Origin: Chiloscyllium plagiosum
Taxonomy: Eukaryota
Assembly: GCF_004010195.1 (NCBI RefSeq)
Contig: NC_057722.1
Span: forward strand, 55,394,295 to 55,458,294
Direction: 5' to 3'
DNA: 64,000 nt
Under the pieces are notes generated by a model. It was not told the DNA's origin, made no database searches, and saw only the letters and a program-made list of their open reading frames with translations. The position numbers were made by a program, and so were the translations under genes. Below are positions 13,225 through 27,512 of the stretch, piece after piece (positions within the stretch are counted from its first letter, which is position 1; every line of letters starts with the position of its first letter).

Positions 13225-13325
13225 TTAGGGATAATGTCTCTGGATTAGTAATCCAGAACTCTGGGCTAATGTTTTAGGGAGAATCCCACAGTGGCAGATG
13301 GTGAAATTTGAATTCTATACATTTA
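13225..13325 (+). mobile_element. Deu-domain-type SINE, 5' part (3' part at 17490-17670), split by a CR1
   Basis: ctggattagtaatccag...gaatcccacagtggcagatggtgaaatttgaattc here; ctggcctacacgtg...aataaatgctggcc after the LINE. Confidence 0.55.
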
Positions 13326-13359
13326 AAAAATTGAGGTTTTTTTTCTTTTTTTTAAAACA

Positions 13360-16300
13360 GCCCATGAACAGGCCCTTCAGCCCTCCAAGCCTGAGCCGAT
13401 CCAAATTCACTGTCTCAACCTATCGCCCAATTCCTAAGCATCTGCATCCCTCTGCTCCCCACCTACTCATGCATCTGTCCAGACGGACCTTAAATGAATC
13501 TACCGTGTCTGCCTCTACTACCTCTGCTGACAATGCATTTCAGGCACCTACCACCCTCTGTGTAATGTATTTGCAGCATATATCCTTCTTAAGCTTCCCA
13601 CCTCTCACCTTGAACGCGTGACCTCTTGTTATTGAATCTTCACCCTGGGAAAAAGCTTGTCTCTATCCACCCTGTCTATACCCTTCATGATTTTCTAGAC
13701 CTCAATCAGGTCCTCCCTCAATCTCCTTTTTTCTAATGAAAACAATCTTAACCTAATCAACCTCTCTTCATAGCTAGCACCTTCCATACAAGGCAACATC
13801 TTTTTAAACCTTCTCAGCACCCTCTCCAATACGTCCATATCCTTTTGGTAATATGGTGACCAGAACTATACATGGTATTCTAAATGTGGCCGAACCAAAC
13901 TCTTTAACAATTTTAGCATGACCTGCCAGCTCTTATACTCAATACCCCATCCAATGAAGGCAAGAATTCCATATGCCTTCTTCACCACTCTATCCCCTGT
14001 GCAGCCACCTTCTTGAACTCCCAGATCTCTCTGCTCATCAACTTTTCCCAAGGCTCTTGCGTTTACAGTATCGTTTGCTCTAGAATTAGACATGCTAAAA
14101 TGCATCACCTTACATTTGCCTGGATTGAACTCCATCTGCCACTTCACCGCCCAACTCTCCAGTCTATCTATATTCTCCTGTTTTCTTTGACAGTCCCCTA
14201 TGCTTTCTGCTACTCCACCAATCTTCTTACCATCTGCAAACTTACTGATCAGACCAACAGTGTCCTCTTCCAGATCATTCATGTCTACAACAAACAAGAA
14301 TGGCCCCAGCACTGATCCCTGTGGAATACCATTGGTCACTTTACTCCATTTCAAGAAACTCCCTTCAACTACTATTCTCGGTCTCCATTTGCTCAACCAG
14401 TTCTTTATTATCCTAGCTAAAACACCCTGTACACCATGTGACTTCACTTTCTCTATTAGATTACCATGGGGAACCTCATAAAGCACCTTACTAAAGTGCA
14501 AGTATATGACATCTATAGCCCCTCCTTCATCTATCAACTTGGTCACTTCCTCAAAGAACTCTTAAGTGGTAAGGCATGATCTACCCCACACAAAACCATG
14601 TTGCCCAGCACTGATAAGCTCATTCTTTTCCAAATATAAATAGATTTTATCCCTCAGTACATTCTCCAGCAACTTTCCCACCACTGACGTCAGGCTCACT
14701 GGTCTGTAGTTACCCAAACTAACCCTACTGCCCTTCTTGTACAGGGGGACTACACGAGCAACCTTCCAGTCCTCTGTAGTATCCTTAAACACAGGTGAGG
14801 GCCTCAGCTATTTCCTCTCTCACCTCCCTCAGCAACCTGGGATAGATCCCATCTGGTCCTGGGGATTTGTGCACCTTAATATCCTTTAGCCTACCCTACA
14901 CATCTTCCTTCCTTATGTCAACGTGATCCAGAGTAAATAAACTTCTATCTCTAATCTCAGCATTCATCACCTCCCGTTCCTCAGAATCTCACCCATTTTC
15001 TCAGATTCAACACATAACCTTCCTTCCTGATCCTTTAGTGGACAAACCCTTTCTCTGGTTACCCTCTTGCTTCTTATGTAAGAATAAAGGGCCTTGGGAT
15101 TCTCCCTAATTCTGCTCGCCAAAGCTATTTCATGACCCCCTTTTAGCCGCTTGATTCCTCGTGTAAGAATGGTCCTACTCTCCCAATCTTCCTCCAAAGC
15201 CCATTCTGTTCTTAGCTGCCTGGACCTTATGTACACTTCCCTTTTCCTCTTGGCTAGTCGCACAATTTTTCCTGTCATCCACGGTTCACAAATCTTGCCT
15301 TTCCTATCCCTTGTTTTCAAAGGGACATGCCTATCCTGCACTATCTTCAACCTATCGTTGAAAGCCTCCCACATTCCCTTCAAATAATTGTGTCCAATCC
15401 ACATTTCCAAGCTCCTGCCTAATTTTGATATAATTGGCCTTGGCCCAGTTTAGTACTCTTCCCTTCAGATCACTCTCATCTTTGTCTACAAGTATTCTAA
15501 AACTTACAGAATTGTGGTCACTATTCCCAAAGAAATCCCCCACTGCAACTTCTACCACCTGGCCTGGCTCATTCCCCAACACCAGGTCCAATATGGCCCT
15601 TTCCCTTGTCGGACTATTGACATACTGCTGTAGAAAACTTTCCTGGATGCTCCTTACAAATTCTGCCCCATCCAGACCTCTGACACTAAATGTATCCCAG
15701 TCAATGTTGGGAAAATTAAAATCTCCCATCACCACCACCCTGTTGCCTCTACATCTTTCCATAATCTGTTTACTTATTTGTTTTTTTCTACCTCATGCTC
15801 ACTGTTGGGAGGCCTGTAATACAGCCCCACCAATGTAACTGCACCCTTCTTATTTCTCAGCTCCACCCATAACACCTCACTGCTTAAGCCCTCCATAGTG
15901 TCCTCCTTTAGCACAGCCGTGATATCATCCCTGACCAGCAAAGCAACTCCTCCCCCACTTTTACTTCCCTCCCTGTCCTATCTAAAGCGCCTATATCCTG
16001 GAACATTTAGTTGCCAATTATGCTCTTCCTTCAACCAAGTCTCTGAACACAAAAATGTCATACTCCCAGGCACCAATCCAAGCCCTAAGTTCATCTGCTT
16101 TACCCACTATACTCCTTGCATTAAAGTGTATGCACTTCAGGCCGCCAGTTCTTTTGCGCATATCTGCTCTCTGCCTACTCTTCCCCTTGGTAATGCTAAC
16201 TTTGTGATCCTTACAATCTCCGGTTTCCACCTCACTGTTTGGTAGTCTTCGCTTCTGGTTCCCAGCCCCCTGCCACATTAGTTTAAAATCTCCCCAACAG

Positions 16301-17480
16301 CAGTAACAAAAACTCCCCTAAGGATATTAGTTCCAGTCTGGTTCAGGTGTAGACCATCAATTTGTAATAGTCCCACCTTCCCCAGAACCAGACCCAATGT
16401 CCCACAAATCTGAACCCCTCTCTCCTACACCATCCCTCAAGCCATGTGATCATCCTGCCTATTCTTTCATTTCTACCCTGGCTAGCACATGGTACTGGTA
16501 GCAATCCTGAGATCACTACCTTTGACGTCCTCCTCTTTAACATCTCTCCTAGCTCCTTGAATTCTGCTTTCAGGACCTCATCTCATTTTTTTACTTATAT
16601 CATTGGTGCCTATGTGCACCATGACAACTGGCTGTTCACCCTCCCCTTTCAGAATGCTCTGCAGCCGATCAGTGACATCCCTGACCTAAGCACCTGGGAG
16701 GCAACATACCATCCGGGAGTTTCGTTTCAGCCACAGAACTGCCTAGCAACTTCCCTTACAATAGAATCCCCTATGACTATGACCCAACGTATCCTTTTCC
16801 CGTCTTTCTGAACAGCAGTGCCCGCCACGGTGCCATATCCTGGCAACTGCTGCCCTTCCCCAGTGAGCCATCTCCCCCAACAGTACCCAAAATGGTGTAC
16901 CTGTTTTGGAGGGAGATGACCCCAGGGGACATCTGCACTGCCTTCCTACTCTTTCGCTGTCTTTTGGTCACCCATTCACTGTCTCCCTCAGCAATTATAA
17001 TCTGCGATGTGACCAATTCACTAAACATGCTATCCACAGCCTCCTCAGCATTGCGGATGCTCCACAGTGAGTCCATCTGCAGCTCCAGAGCAATCATGCG
17101 ATCAAACAACAGCTGCACCTGGACACACTTCTTGCAAGTGTAAGAGTCAGGAACGTCAGCTACTTCCCTGAGCTTCCACATCAGGCACGTTGCACATGCC
17201 ACAGACCTGAGCTCCCTGCCATTGTAAGCTTTAGTTTTACATCAACTAACTAAAACCACACAATGCATTTAAATATATGAAAGAAAAGAAATTTTAAAAA
17301 AGCCTTACCTTACAGAGTCCTTTTCCTTCTGGTTAGAGGAGGGTGGACAGGAGGGAGATACTACATGTGCAGTATCTCGGGTTTAGCTGCTGCCCAAATT
17401 TATACTAAGTCCTTACCTTCCTGGCAACCTCCTTATCTCCAACGTCACCTCCGCTCTGTCTCCCGCTGCTCCCAGACAGG
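13360..17480 (-). mobile_element. Near full-length but disrupted CR1 LINE
   Basis: ORF1 has a Zn-finger (CATCLMW..CKKC) and an SGNH-esterase region (VVISGLLPVP..WLEGWCRREGFRF). ORF2 has APE motifs (FNARSIVGK, MGDFNFPNIDW, SDHNSV) and RT motifs (NYRPVSLTSVVGKLLE, GIPQGSVLGP, SKFAD). Frameshifts and stops are present. Confidence 0.93.
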
Positions 17481-17729
17481 AAAAAATGTTTTAAAAGTGA
17501 GCTTAATAGCAGCAATTTAATCACTGTTGATTGTTAAAAAAAAATGGTCATCATGGTCTGGCCTACACGTGGCTGCAGAACCACAGCAATGTATCTGGCT
17601 CTTATCTGAGGCCTCATGTGAGATCGGTAATAAATGCTGGCCAAACCAATTAAAGCCTCATTTTGTGAGCATGTTATAAAAAGGAGAATTATGAGCTCAC
17701 AGTCTATCATTGTTGCTGATAAATTTCAT

Positions 17730-18550
17730 GAACAAACTAATTAGGAGCAGAAGGAAGCCATGTGATCCTTCAAACCCGCACTACTATTCAATAAGATCAT
17801 GGCTGATTTGCATGTATTTCGCATTCACATTATCTTTGATTCCCTCTTCTAACACAGTTAAAAATATTCAATGACTCTACTTCCACTGCTTTCTGAGGCA
17901 GGAAATTGCAAAGTCATTTAACTCTAAAAAAAATCCCCTGATTTCTACCTAAAAATGAACAGATTAGAGCCCCCAGTTTTGTACTCGAGGGTGTTGCCCA
18001 ATTCTGATCCACTAGAGGACACATCTTTTCCAGGTTCACCTTGCCACGACCATTCAAGATCTTATACACTTCAATCAAATCACACTTCACTCTTCCTAAC
18101 TCCACTTGAAGCAAACCCAATCTGTCCAATCTTACCTCATGAGACAGTCCCCTCATTTCAGGTATCAATCTAGTAAACTACCTCAAAACCATCCTCAATG
18201 CATTTACATTGTTCAGTAAATAAGAAGGCCAAAGCTGCACACAGCATTTGAGATAAGGTTTCACCAATGCCCTGCATAACTGAAGCATAATTTGCTCACT
18301 TTTATGTTCAATTCCTCTTGTAGTAAAGGATAGAATGCCATCATTTTCTTAATGACTTGCTGTACCTGCATAAGGACTTCCTGTGACTTGCACTTTAGAA
18401 CAAGTAGATCCTTCTGTACTTCAGAATTCTGCTTTTGTTCTCTATCTATATAATACTCTGCTTTTTAAAATTTTTGCATCCAAAGTGAACAACTTCACAC
18501 AATTTGCTGTCTGTGAGGTCTTTGTACACTCATTTCAACTGCTTATGTCA
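17730..18550 (-). mobile_element. Old CR1 3' fragment
   Basis: MIPEMRGLSHEVRLDRLGLL..DLIEVYKIL. Confidence 0.75.
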
Positions 18551-18879
18551 GTATTTTTAATTAATTAGTGGAATAAACACGGAATACAAAAATGCCTGTA
18601 TGAGTAATTATAACCATATAATTACCAGAAAATATAGACACAAAGAAAGTCAGGTAGGGATAAAGCACTATTGCGGTTGCAGGAACATGGTTTAAGAAGA
18701 GCAGCAGTGGAGGCTCACTGTTCTTGGTCATTAATTTTGGTCATTTCAAATGCAATGGGTTTAAAGAAACAATCACAGCTGTGATGAATAATGTATGTCA
18801 GAAAGATCAACCATGTTACCCATAAATTATTAAATATGAATTAAACATTTATTTAAACTGCGTGATTCTTTATGTTAGC

Positions 18880-18975
18880 GTCGAACATGTGGTGTTGGAA
18901 AAACACAGCTGGTCAGGCAGCATCCGAGGAGCAGGAGAATCAACGTTTCATGCATAAGACCTTCATCAGGAATGT
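18880..18975 (-). mobile_element. Penelope-derived short insert
   Basis: Family sequence with minus-strand CTGATGA-aggtcttatgcat-GAAACGTT. Confidence 0.75.
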
Positions 18976-19667
18976 GCTTTGATGTCTTTGTGTTAGGCTA
19001 ACCACTATATTTGTTTTTGATGGTCTCTCCAACACTACTTTTTCCACAAGCCCTGTTATTGTTATTGCATGATTTTCAAAAGTGCAAAGTTGCACAAGAG
19101 TGCAACTATTGTGATATAGTAGGAAGGACTGTACTTGAAGCTACATCAATGTCATAGCAATGGAAGACATTCAAAGTGGAGCTTGAATGGAGAACAACTC
19201 GGGACAAATACATTCCCAAACAAAAAAAAAGGATAAGATACCAATATGTATACATTGGATGTAGATTAAAATAAAATGAGAAAACTTAAGCAAGGTGCCA
19301 AAAGCACAATGGCACAAAAATCCGAGAGCATTATATATAGCGTGGGATTAACCAAAATAAAAAGGAAATCAAGAAAGCAAAGAATGAAAATATTGGGAAA
19401 GAAAATCAAGGAAAACCCACAGATATTTTATAAATATATTAAAAGCAAAAGGTAGTTACAGAAACAGCAGAAACAACTGGAGATTTTTAAAAAATGCAGT
19501 GACTGAAGATGGCAGAATTTCAATAAATACCTTTTTTAAAAATATGTAACATGTGGACATTGTAGTTAAGGAGGATTACTATGAAATATTAGGTGTTATA
19601 AACACAGTGCAGGAGAACATATTAAGGTGTTCAGTATCCCTGATAGTGGATGTAAACTAGGTCCATA

Positions 19668-20928
19668 CAAAGGGAAATCATGTCTTACAAACTTGATTGA
19701 GTTTTTTGAAGAAGTAACGAAGAGAATTGATGAGGACAGAGCGGTAGATGTGATCTATATGGATTTCAGTAAGGCGTTCAACAAGGTTCCCCATGGGAGA
19801 CTGATCAACAAGGTTAGATCTCATGGAATACATGGAGAACTAGCCACTTAGATACAAAACTGGCTCAAAGGTAGAAAACAGAGGGTGATGGTGGAGGGTT
19901 GTTTTTCAAACTGGAGGCCTGTGACCAGTGGAGTGCCACAAGGATCGGTGTTGGGTCCTCTACTTTTTGTCATTTACATAAATGATTTGGATGCGAGCAT
20001 AAGAGGTTCAGTTAGTAAGTTTGTAGACGACACCAAAATTGGAGGTGTAGTGGACAGCGAAGAAGGTTATCTCCAGATTACAACAGGATCTTGATCAGAT
20101 GGGCCAATGGGCCGAGAAGTGGGAGATGGAGTTTAATTCAGATAAATGCGAGGTGCTGCATTTTGGGAAAGCAAATTTTAGCAGAACTTATACACTTAAT
20201 GGTAAGGTTCTAGGGAGTGTTGCTGAACAAAGAGACCTTGGAGTGCAGGTTCATAGCTCCTTGAAAGTGGAGTCACAGGTAGATAGGAAGGCGTTTGGTA
20301 TGCTTTCCTCTATTGGTCAGAGTATTGAGTACAAGAGTTAGGAGGTCATGTTGCAGCTGTACAGGACATTGGTTAGGCCACTGTTGGAATATTGCTTGCA
20401 ATTCTGTTCTCCTTCCTATTGGAAAAATGTTGTGAAACTTGAAAAGGTTCAGAAAAGATTTATAAGGGTGTTGCCAGGTTTGGAGGATTTGAGCGATAGG
20501 GAGAGGCTGAACAGGCTGGGGCTGTTTTCCCTGGAACGTTGGAGGCTGAGGGGTGACTTTATAGAGATTTACAAAATTATGAGGGGCATGGATAGGATAA
20601 ATAGACAATTTTTTTTCCCTGGGTTGGGGAAGTCCAGAACTAGAGGGCATAGGTTAGGGTGAGATGGGAAAGATATAAAAAAGACCTAAGTGGCAACTTT
20701 TTCACGCAGAGGGTGGTATGTGCATGGAATGAGCTGCCAGAGGAAATGGTGGAGGCTGGTACAAGCGCAACATTTAAAAGGCATTTGGATGGGTATATGA
20801 ATAGGAAGGGTTTGGAGGGATGTGGGCCGGGTGCTGGCAGGTGGGCCTAGATTGGGTTGGGATATCTGGTCAGCAGGGATGGGTTGGACCGAAGGGTTTG
20901 TTTCCATGCTGTACATCTCTATGACTGT
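19668..20928 (+). mobile_element. 5'-truncated CR1 LINE inserted into an older CR1 (about 19100-21130)
   Basis: GKSCLTNLIEFFE, GVPQGSVLGPLLF, KFVDDTK, and a complete 3' tail ending catctctatgact. The older element continues on both sides. Confidence 0.92.
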
Positions 20929-21763
20929 AAGTGTATCCCTTACTGCTAAGCGACGCTCAGAAAGAAATAACAGAAACTCTGACCATCATACATGATGATA
21001 CACAGATGATTTTTTTAAATGCAAAAATCTTCACCTGGAATTACTGCAATGAACTTTACAGTGGGGACATACTGCTTGTACATCTCCATCTATCTGATTG
21101 GCTGACAGCTGCATCATTCCAGCAGCAACAGGGATCAGTCGATGATCCCTGAATGGTGGACAAACAGTTGCAACCAGGTCAGTAGGTCAACGAGGAATCG
21201 TTAACTCTTGGGATGGGGATTGTGGGAATGTCATTCTAAATGTTAAGAGGGAGACACTGACAGACTGAAAGGAGTCACTGAGACAGTCAAACTCTTCTGC
21301 ATCCCCATGGCAACATCCTGACCAAATAGAATCTACCAACCTGGTCTGAGAATTAAGAGCTTCTGCTAGTCAGGGAGAGACCAGATGGAGGGCAAATATG
21401 AAGGGAGCACAGCTTGACAGGCCAAGACCTGGGAATGAGGATAAACTTAGAGCAGAGAAGCACTGCTGGCAGCAGCTGGAAAGAACAAGATCAGGGCCGG
21501 AGGTAAAGGCAGTGTGTAAGAACAGTGAGGAGGAACCACAGCAACCATTTCGAGGTGGAACTTCAGAGAGAAGCAAGAGCAGCTTCAGAGTCAGGAACAG
21601 CACAAACAGAGATGGAGCCAGTCAGCTACTGCAATAGCATAAGGGAGGCACAGAGCACGGGTCTTGATATTGAAAATTAAAAGTGCTCAGGGGACACAAT
21701 GGCAGTCAGCACCGGTCTGACTGACCATTTATAAAATTTTCAGTTTGCTGATGTGGCAGCTAC

Positions 21764-21850
21764 TGAAAATGTGTAGCTGGAAAAGCGCAGCAGGTCAGGC
21801 AGCATCCTTTTCAGCTCTGATCTCCAGCATCTGCAGTCCTCACTTCCTCC
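21764..21850. mobile_element. Penelope-derived mini insert with 16-bp TSD
   Basis: ctgatgtggcagctac at 21748-21763 and 21851-21866. Confidence 0.85.
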
Positions 21851-23242
21851 CTGATGTGGCAGCTACCTTGGCTGGTACTAGGAACGGCAATCTTTAGTTT
21901 AGCTGCCTTTGGCAAGACTCACCCTACTGCCCCTAGATACATTACCCCGTTTTCATGAATTCGCTCTCGGCTAGATTTATTAATAAGCCAGCTAACCATA
22001 ACTGTTTAGATAACGCAGCCAATGTTTTACAAAGTCAACAAATTCCAGTCCTAAAATTGGTCTTCTTTTGTTCCTTGTCTCTGATTTCATTTTTCTCCTG
22101 TCATACTATTCTGTGCATGCCAGAGTACATTGGCTGTTGCTCCTAATTTTTTCACTTGTGCTCATTAGATTCAAAATTTGACTAGAAGTTGATCATAAGT
22201 GAGCACTCGAGCTGAAGTCCATTTCAAATCACAGGCACAACCTCAAAGATAACACTGACTATTTGTTCTTGGCAAATAACTTGTCTAAACAGTTTGCTTT
22301 TCTGGCATCTTGTTAAACTAACCTTAAAGGATAAATAGCAGAAAACGTCCTCAACTTTTTATTCACAGTCACAAAGTCTCAGATAATGATCAGAGCCAAC
22401 TCCTTCTGTCACAATTAATCATGTATTAATGGGGCAGCACATCACACTCTAATTTTATAAGGTGACCATTTTGAGCAATAGAAATACAAATAGTTCTCCT
22501 ATAATGTCGTAGTTACGTTCCAGCAAAACTTTGCACAATAGAAAATCTCTTAATAGAAATAATGGTGTTGATGTGAAAAGTGGGATTAGGAGCATACTAG
22601 CAATAAATATCACTTGCTCAAAAATCACCCAAAAGTCTAATGCAAAGTATAACACAGCCTGAATTAAAGTTGAAGTCATATTTGTTAATGAAACAAAAGT
22701 ACATTTAAAAAATGTTAAGTAAGCAGCTCTCACAGAAAGCTGCTGTCTCAGCAGCTGCTATAGGCACATGGCAGTACAGCACAAAGCCTGAAACTGATAT
22801 CACACATGCGTAGGGACTAATGCACGCACAGAACGATAGGGCCACTGGCACATCAGCAGAAAGGAGCATGCAAACTGATCTCCACTAGAATCATGGTAAT
22901 GCCAACAGAGATAACCATTCTCCAAAATACCATTCCCTAATTCTTCAGCGACATTATAGTCAAATAGCATTGCCGAAGCAGGCATTATCCCAGACCTACC
23001 TGTGTATCATTCACTTATGGTCATTCAATTCTCATCATGTATAGAATCCCTGACAGTTATGCAAGGTATTCAGTTTCAGGTAGACTGGTTGAGACTGTTA
23101 TATGTTTTATAACTCAGAAATGCTGAGACAGCTCTAGTTTTGATGTGTAACAGTTCATAGTGCTTAAAATATCTGATAAATGGTTTTACATTCATTCTTT
23201 ATTCTTCTGAGTCCATGCCCAAGTTTCAATAATTAAGTAATT

Positions 23243-23575
23243 AGGCGGAGCAATGGCTCACAGTGACCCAAGTTCAATTCTATCCTTGGGTGACTGTCTG
23301 TGTAGATTTTATGCATTCTCCCCATGTCTGCATGGGTTTCCTCCAGGTGCTCTGGTTTCCTCCCACTGTCCAAAATGTGCAGGTTAGGTGGATTGGCCAT
23401 GCTAAATTGCCCATTGTGTCCAAGGATGTTGAATTAGGTGGATTAACCATGGGAAATGTAGAGTTACTAGGATGGGGTGGGTCTGGGTGGGATGTGATTC
23501 GAAGGGTCAGTTTGGACTTAATGCATCAAATGGCCTACTTCCACTCTGTAAGATTCTATGATTCAATGATATTCT
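23243..23575 (+). mobile_element. V-SINE (HE1-like)
   Basis: Central gggtttcctccaggtgctctggtttcctccc domain and gattctat tail. Confidence 0.8.
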
Positions 23576-24629
23576 ATAGTATAATCAAAATCTGGATGAA
23601 TTAATCCAGGACTACATCAATATTAATAGTCTCTTGTCATCAAACTCAGAACAATTGAACACTTCAGACCACAATGCATTGCAATTTAGAGCAGCACGGA
23701 AGGAACTGAAACAAAGTCACAAATTCACATCGGCAGTTCCCAGCCTCAATGAACCTAAAATAAAGGCACTTAGTAGACTCAGGGCAGGATTTTCAAAGGT
23801 CAATGGAGTGGTCATCACTGTGCTCCAAAACCATTTCAATCAACCTATGAGTTTCCCACAGAGGCAAGGGGACAGACTACATGGACGCAGCCTTTTGATG
23901 TCAGCCCAGATGACCGACCCTGCATAATACTTGTGAGGCTTCCATATCCACTCCGGTTTCTGCCAACACACAAGAATAAAAAGTCAGTGCTTCGAACACC
24001 ATTACTGTGGATCTGGGAGAGATGCTGCACCCATTCCATTTTTGCAGAGCAGCTAAAGTCCCCTCATTGACTTCCAGCTGCTCACTGGTGTGCCCCTCAG
24101 TTGCAGGGTTCATTAAACAGTGAGGGTACAGGGTGGTGCATGGTAGCCATCCAGATGCCCAGGAACTTGTTGGACACACACAGGACCTCCCCAGAAGCTT
24201 CTTCTGAGGACACCACAGAGGTGACTAGACCTTCACTCCCCACCCACCTATAATACTGTAGCCTCAGTCGAGGAGAGTGAACATGCATCTGGGCGAGACA
24301 CTCTCAGTAGGCATGGGCTGTCAATACCCAATCACAACCAGGGATGAAGAAGTCTTCCAGGCCAACAACATAGTAGGCTTCCTCCAGTCTAGCTATGAAA
24401 ATCTTTTAGGGAGCAGGAGAGGAAGAGGAAACTTACTGGGGATACAAAGGTCACATGAATGAAAGTTAATCTTGCAAATTTGTCAATGTATATTTTAATT
24501 GCTCTCTTAAAATGTCTGCTCATGTGTCCTTTTTTGCTAACACTTCTGATTAAATCACACCTATTTGAGAGAGGAGTAGGTCTTCAGACATCCCAGAACT
24601 GAAAGAAGTCGTAATGGGTAAGCCTTGCT

Positions 24630-24850
24630 CATCTCCCACAAGCAAAGAGTCCTGGACGAAAAGTAGCCTTTGACATCAGGGATTCCTTAACGCTCAGGAC
24701 CACAGCTCCTTGAAATGACTTGGTGGGGTTAAAATTCAAACTAGCTGTGACTTTAATGGCCATCAGGATGAAATTGTCACCAAGTCCTTCCAAACACAGA
24801 TCCTGTTCCTGCAGGTAACAGTTTAGTGTTGGTGGCTCAGGCATCCATGA
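24630..24850 (-). mobile_element. PIF/Harbinger transposase relic
   Basis: MAIKVTASLNFNPTKSFQG resembles the Harbinger nuclease motif (V)KVTxALxFxxxGSFQ. Confidence 0.5.
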
Positions 24851-25391
24851 TGTATGTCTTATTAAGTTTTGAAAAAACTGCAGGAAACGACAGTGAGGCC
24901 TGTAGATGCAGGGAAACCTTCATCTTGTGCATCTCTTCTGGAAGCTGAGCAGCAGTTACTGAGTTTTGCTGTTTTCCTCATACTTTAATAATTCCTGTCT
25001 TTTCAGCTTGACCAAGGCCACAAGAATTCCAGTCATAATGATGGCCATATCAGACATTTGAGCACATAAGTTGGGCCTGTCAGAGAGAGAACATTGTCTC
25101 TATAACTGTACTCCCGAGACCTCACATCAATCACATTGCAGCCTCATATCACCCCATGATACAATGTAGAACTTTGCAAGGAGACCAATTTCATGCATCC
25201 ATAGGGACCTCTGAGGTATGTCACCTTATCTAAATATATATTGTATACCCAAAGTGCTCTTGCTACATTGGAGGAGCAAAACTCTGACACACACATGTGC
25301 AAAAATGGCAGCTGCAAAGTTTCCAATGTTACCTAAGGATTATGTTTCAGAAATGCCAAGCCTAGATGATGATTATATGTCAGCTTGCTTG

Positions 25392-26580
25392 ATTATAAGA
25401 GATAGGATTTATAATCATTTAGGAAGGAATAAGTTGATTAGGGATAGTCAACATGGTTTTATGAAGGGTAAGTCGTGCCTCACAAACTTTATTGAGTTCT
25501 TTGAGAAAGTGAACAAACAAGTGGATGAGGGTAAAGTGAAGTATATGGATTTCAGTAAGGTGTTTGGGAGGCAATTGCACAAAATACAGAGGCATGGGAT
25601 TGAGCAGTTTGGATAAGAAATTGCACAGCTGAAAGAAGACAGAGAGTGGTGGTTGATGGGAAATGTTCATCCTAGAGTTCAGTGACTAGAGGTGTACCAA
25701 AAGGATGCATTAGTAAATTTGTAGATGGCAGTAAGCTTGGTAGAATTGTTGATAGTGCTGAAGGATATTGTTGGTTACAAAGGGACATAGATAAGCTGCA
25801 GAACTGGGCTGAGAGGTGGAAAATGGAGTTTAATGCAGAAAAGGGAGAGGTGATTCATGTTGGAAGGAGTAACAGGAATGCAGAGCACTGGGTTAATGGT
25901 AAGATTCTTGATAGTGTAGATGTGCATGTATATAGATCCCCGAAACTTGCCACCCAGGTTGATAGAGTTGTTATGAAGACATATGGAGTGTTAGCTTTTA
26001 TTAGTACAGGGATTGTGTTTCAGAGCCATGAGATCATGCTGTAGCTGTACAAAACTCTGGCATGGCTGCACTTGGAATATTGTGTACAGTTCTGGTCAGC
26101 GCATTATAGAAGGATGTGGAAGCTTTGGAAAGGGTTCAAAGGAGATTTACTAGAATGTTGCCTGGTATGGAAGGAAGGTCTTCCAAGGAAAGGCTGAGGG
26201 ACTTGAGGCTGTTTTCGTTGGAGAGAAGAAGGTTGAGAGGTGACTTAAGTGACACATATAAGACAATTAGAGGGTTAGATAGGTTGGACAGTGAAAGCCT
26301 TTTTCCTCGGATAGTGATGGCTAGCAGCAGAGGACATAGCGTTAAATTGAGGGGTGATAGATATAGGACAGATGTCAGAGGTAGTTTCTTTACTCAGAGA
26401 ATAGTAGGGACGTGGATTGGCCTGCCTGCAACAGTAGTAGACTGTTAGCTAACCTTAAGGGCATTTAAATAGTAATTGGATAAACATATGGATGAAAATA
26501 GAATAATGTAGGTGAAATGGGCGTCAGACTGGTTTCACAGGTCGGCACAACATCTGCGCTGCAATGTTCTGTATTCTATG
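25392..26580 (+). mobile_element. 5'-truncated CR1 LINE
   Basis: SQHGFMKGKSCLTNFIEFFE and ERVQRRFTRMLPG motifs, plus 3' tail. Confidence 0.9.
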
Positions 26581-27096
26581 TACATTTGCTTCACTGGAGT
26601 TAATTAGTAGTCATGATTGTTTGAGACCAAAAGTTGGAATATGCTGCCAATGAAATGCAATTTAATGTCCAATGAGTGGCATTACTGAATCCAACAAGGT
26701 TTTCCTCTTCCAAAGTGAAATATAGTAAGTTCACCCACTCTCCATGCAGTGACAGCTATTGTGCAGTTGACTTTGGATCAAAGAATGAAAGGTTTCATCT
26801 TTGTGTATTTGTGGAGGACTGGGATACAAGATGATCTTTCCATCCTTCACGTTTCTTTCATGTTGGTGTCCCTGTTGTGCCCTGTGACCTTTCAGCATCT
26901 CCCATGTAGATTTAGCCCTTTCATATAAGGACAGGCATTTTTGGATTCTAGGAAGATCAAGTGCCTATGTGACTCTCTGTGGCCAACCCTTTGGTCTGGA
27001 GTTAGACGAGTCCTTGACTGCCTGTAAACCTACTTGACTACTCCCTCCCTTGATTTTTAGACATGGCATGGATAATTGCTTAAAGAATGTGTTTAA

Positions 27097-27229
27097 GCTG
27101 ATGAAGGGCTTATGCCTAAAACATCGATTCTCCTGACCTGCTGCGCAGGATATTGCCTGACCTGCTGCGCTTTTCCAGCAACACACTCTCGACTCTGATC
27201 TCCAGCATCTGCAGTCCTCACTTTCTCCT
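27097..27229 (+). mobile_element. Penelope-derived short insert
   Basis: ctgatgaagggcttatgcc...ctccagcatctgcagtcctcactttctcc. Confidence 0.8.
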
Positions 27230-27297
27230 ATATTATGTTGCTGTCCAGTGACACTTCCATCCCTTGACTGTTCAGTCCTGCTCCTACTGTAATAAGC

Positions 27298-27512
27298 TGG
27301 GTGGGTTTCCTCTAGGTGCTCCGGTTTCCTCCCACAGTCCAAAAATGTGCAGGTTAGGTGAATTGGCTATGCTAAATTGCCCGTAGTGTTCGGTGCAGGG
27401 GTAAATGTGGGGGAATGGGTCTGGGTGGATTGCACTTCAGCAGGTCGGTGTGGACTTGTTGGGCCGAAGGGCCTGTTTTCACACTGTAAGTAATCTAATC
27501 TAATCTAATCTA
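27298..27512 (+). mobile_element. 5'-truncated V-SINE
   Basis: V-domain plus (taatc)n tail. Confidence 0.85.
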
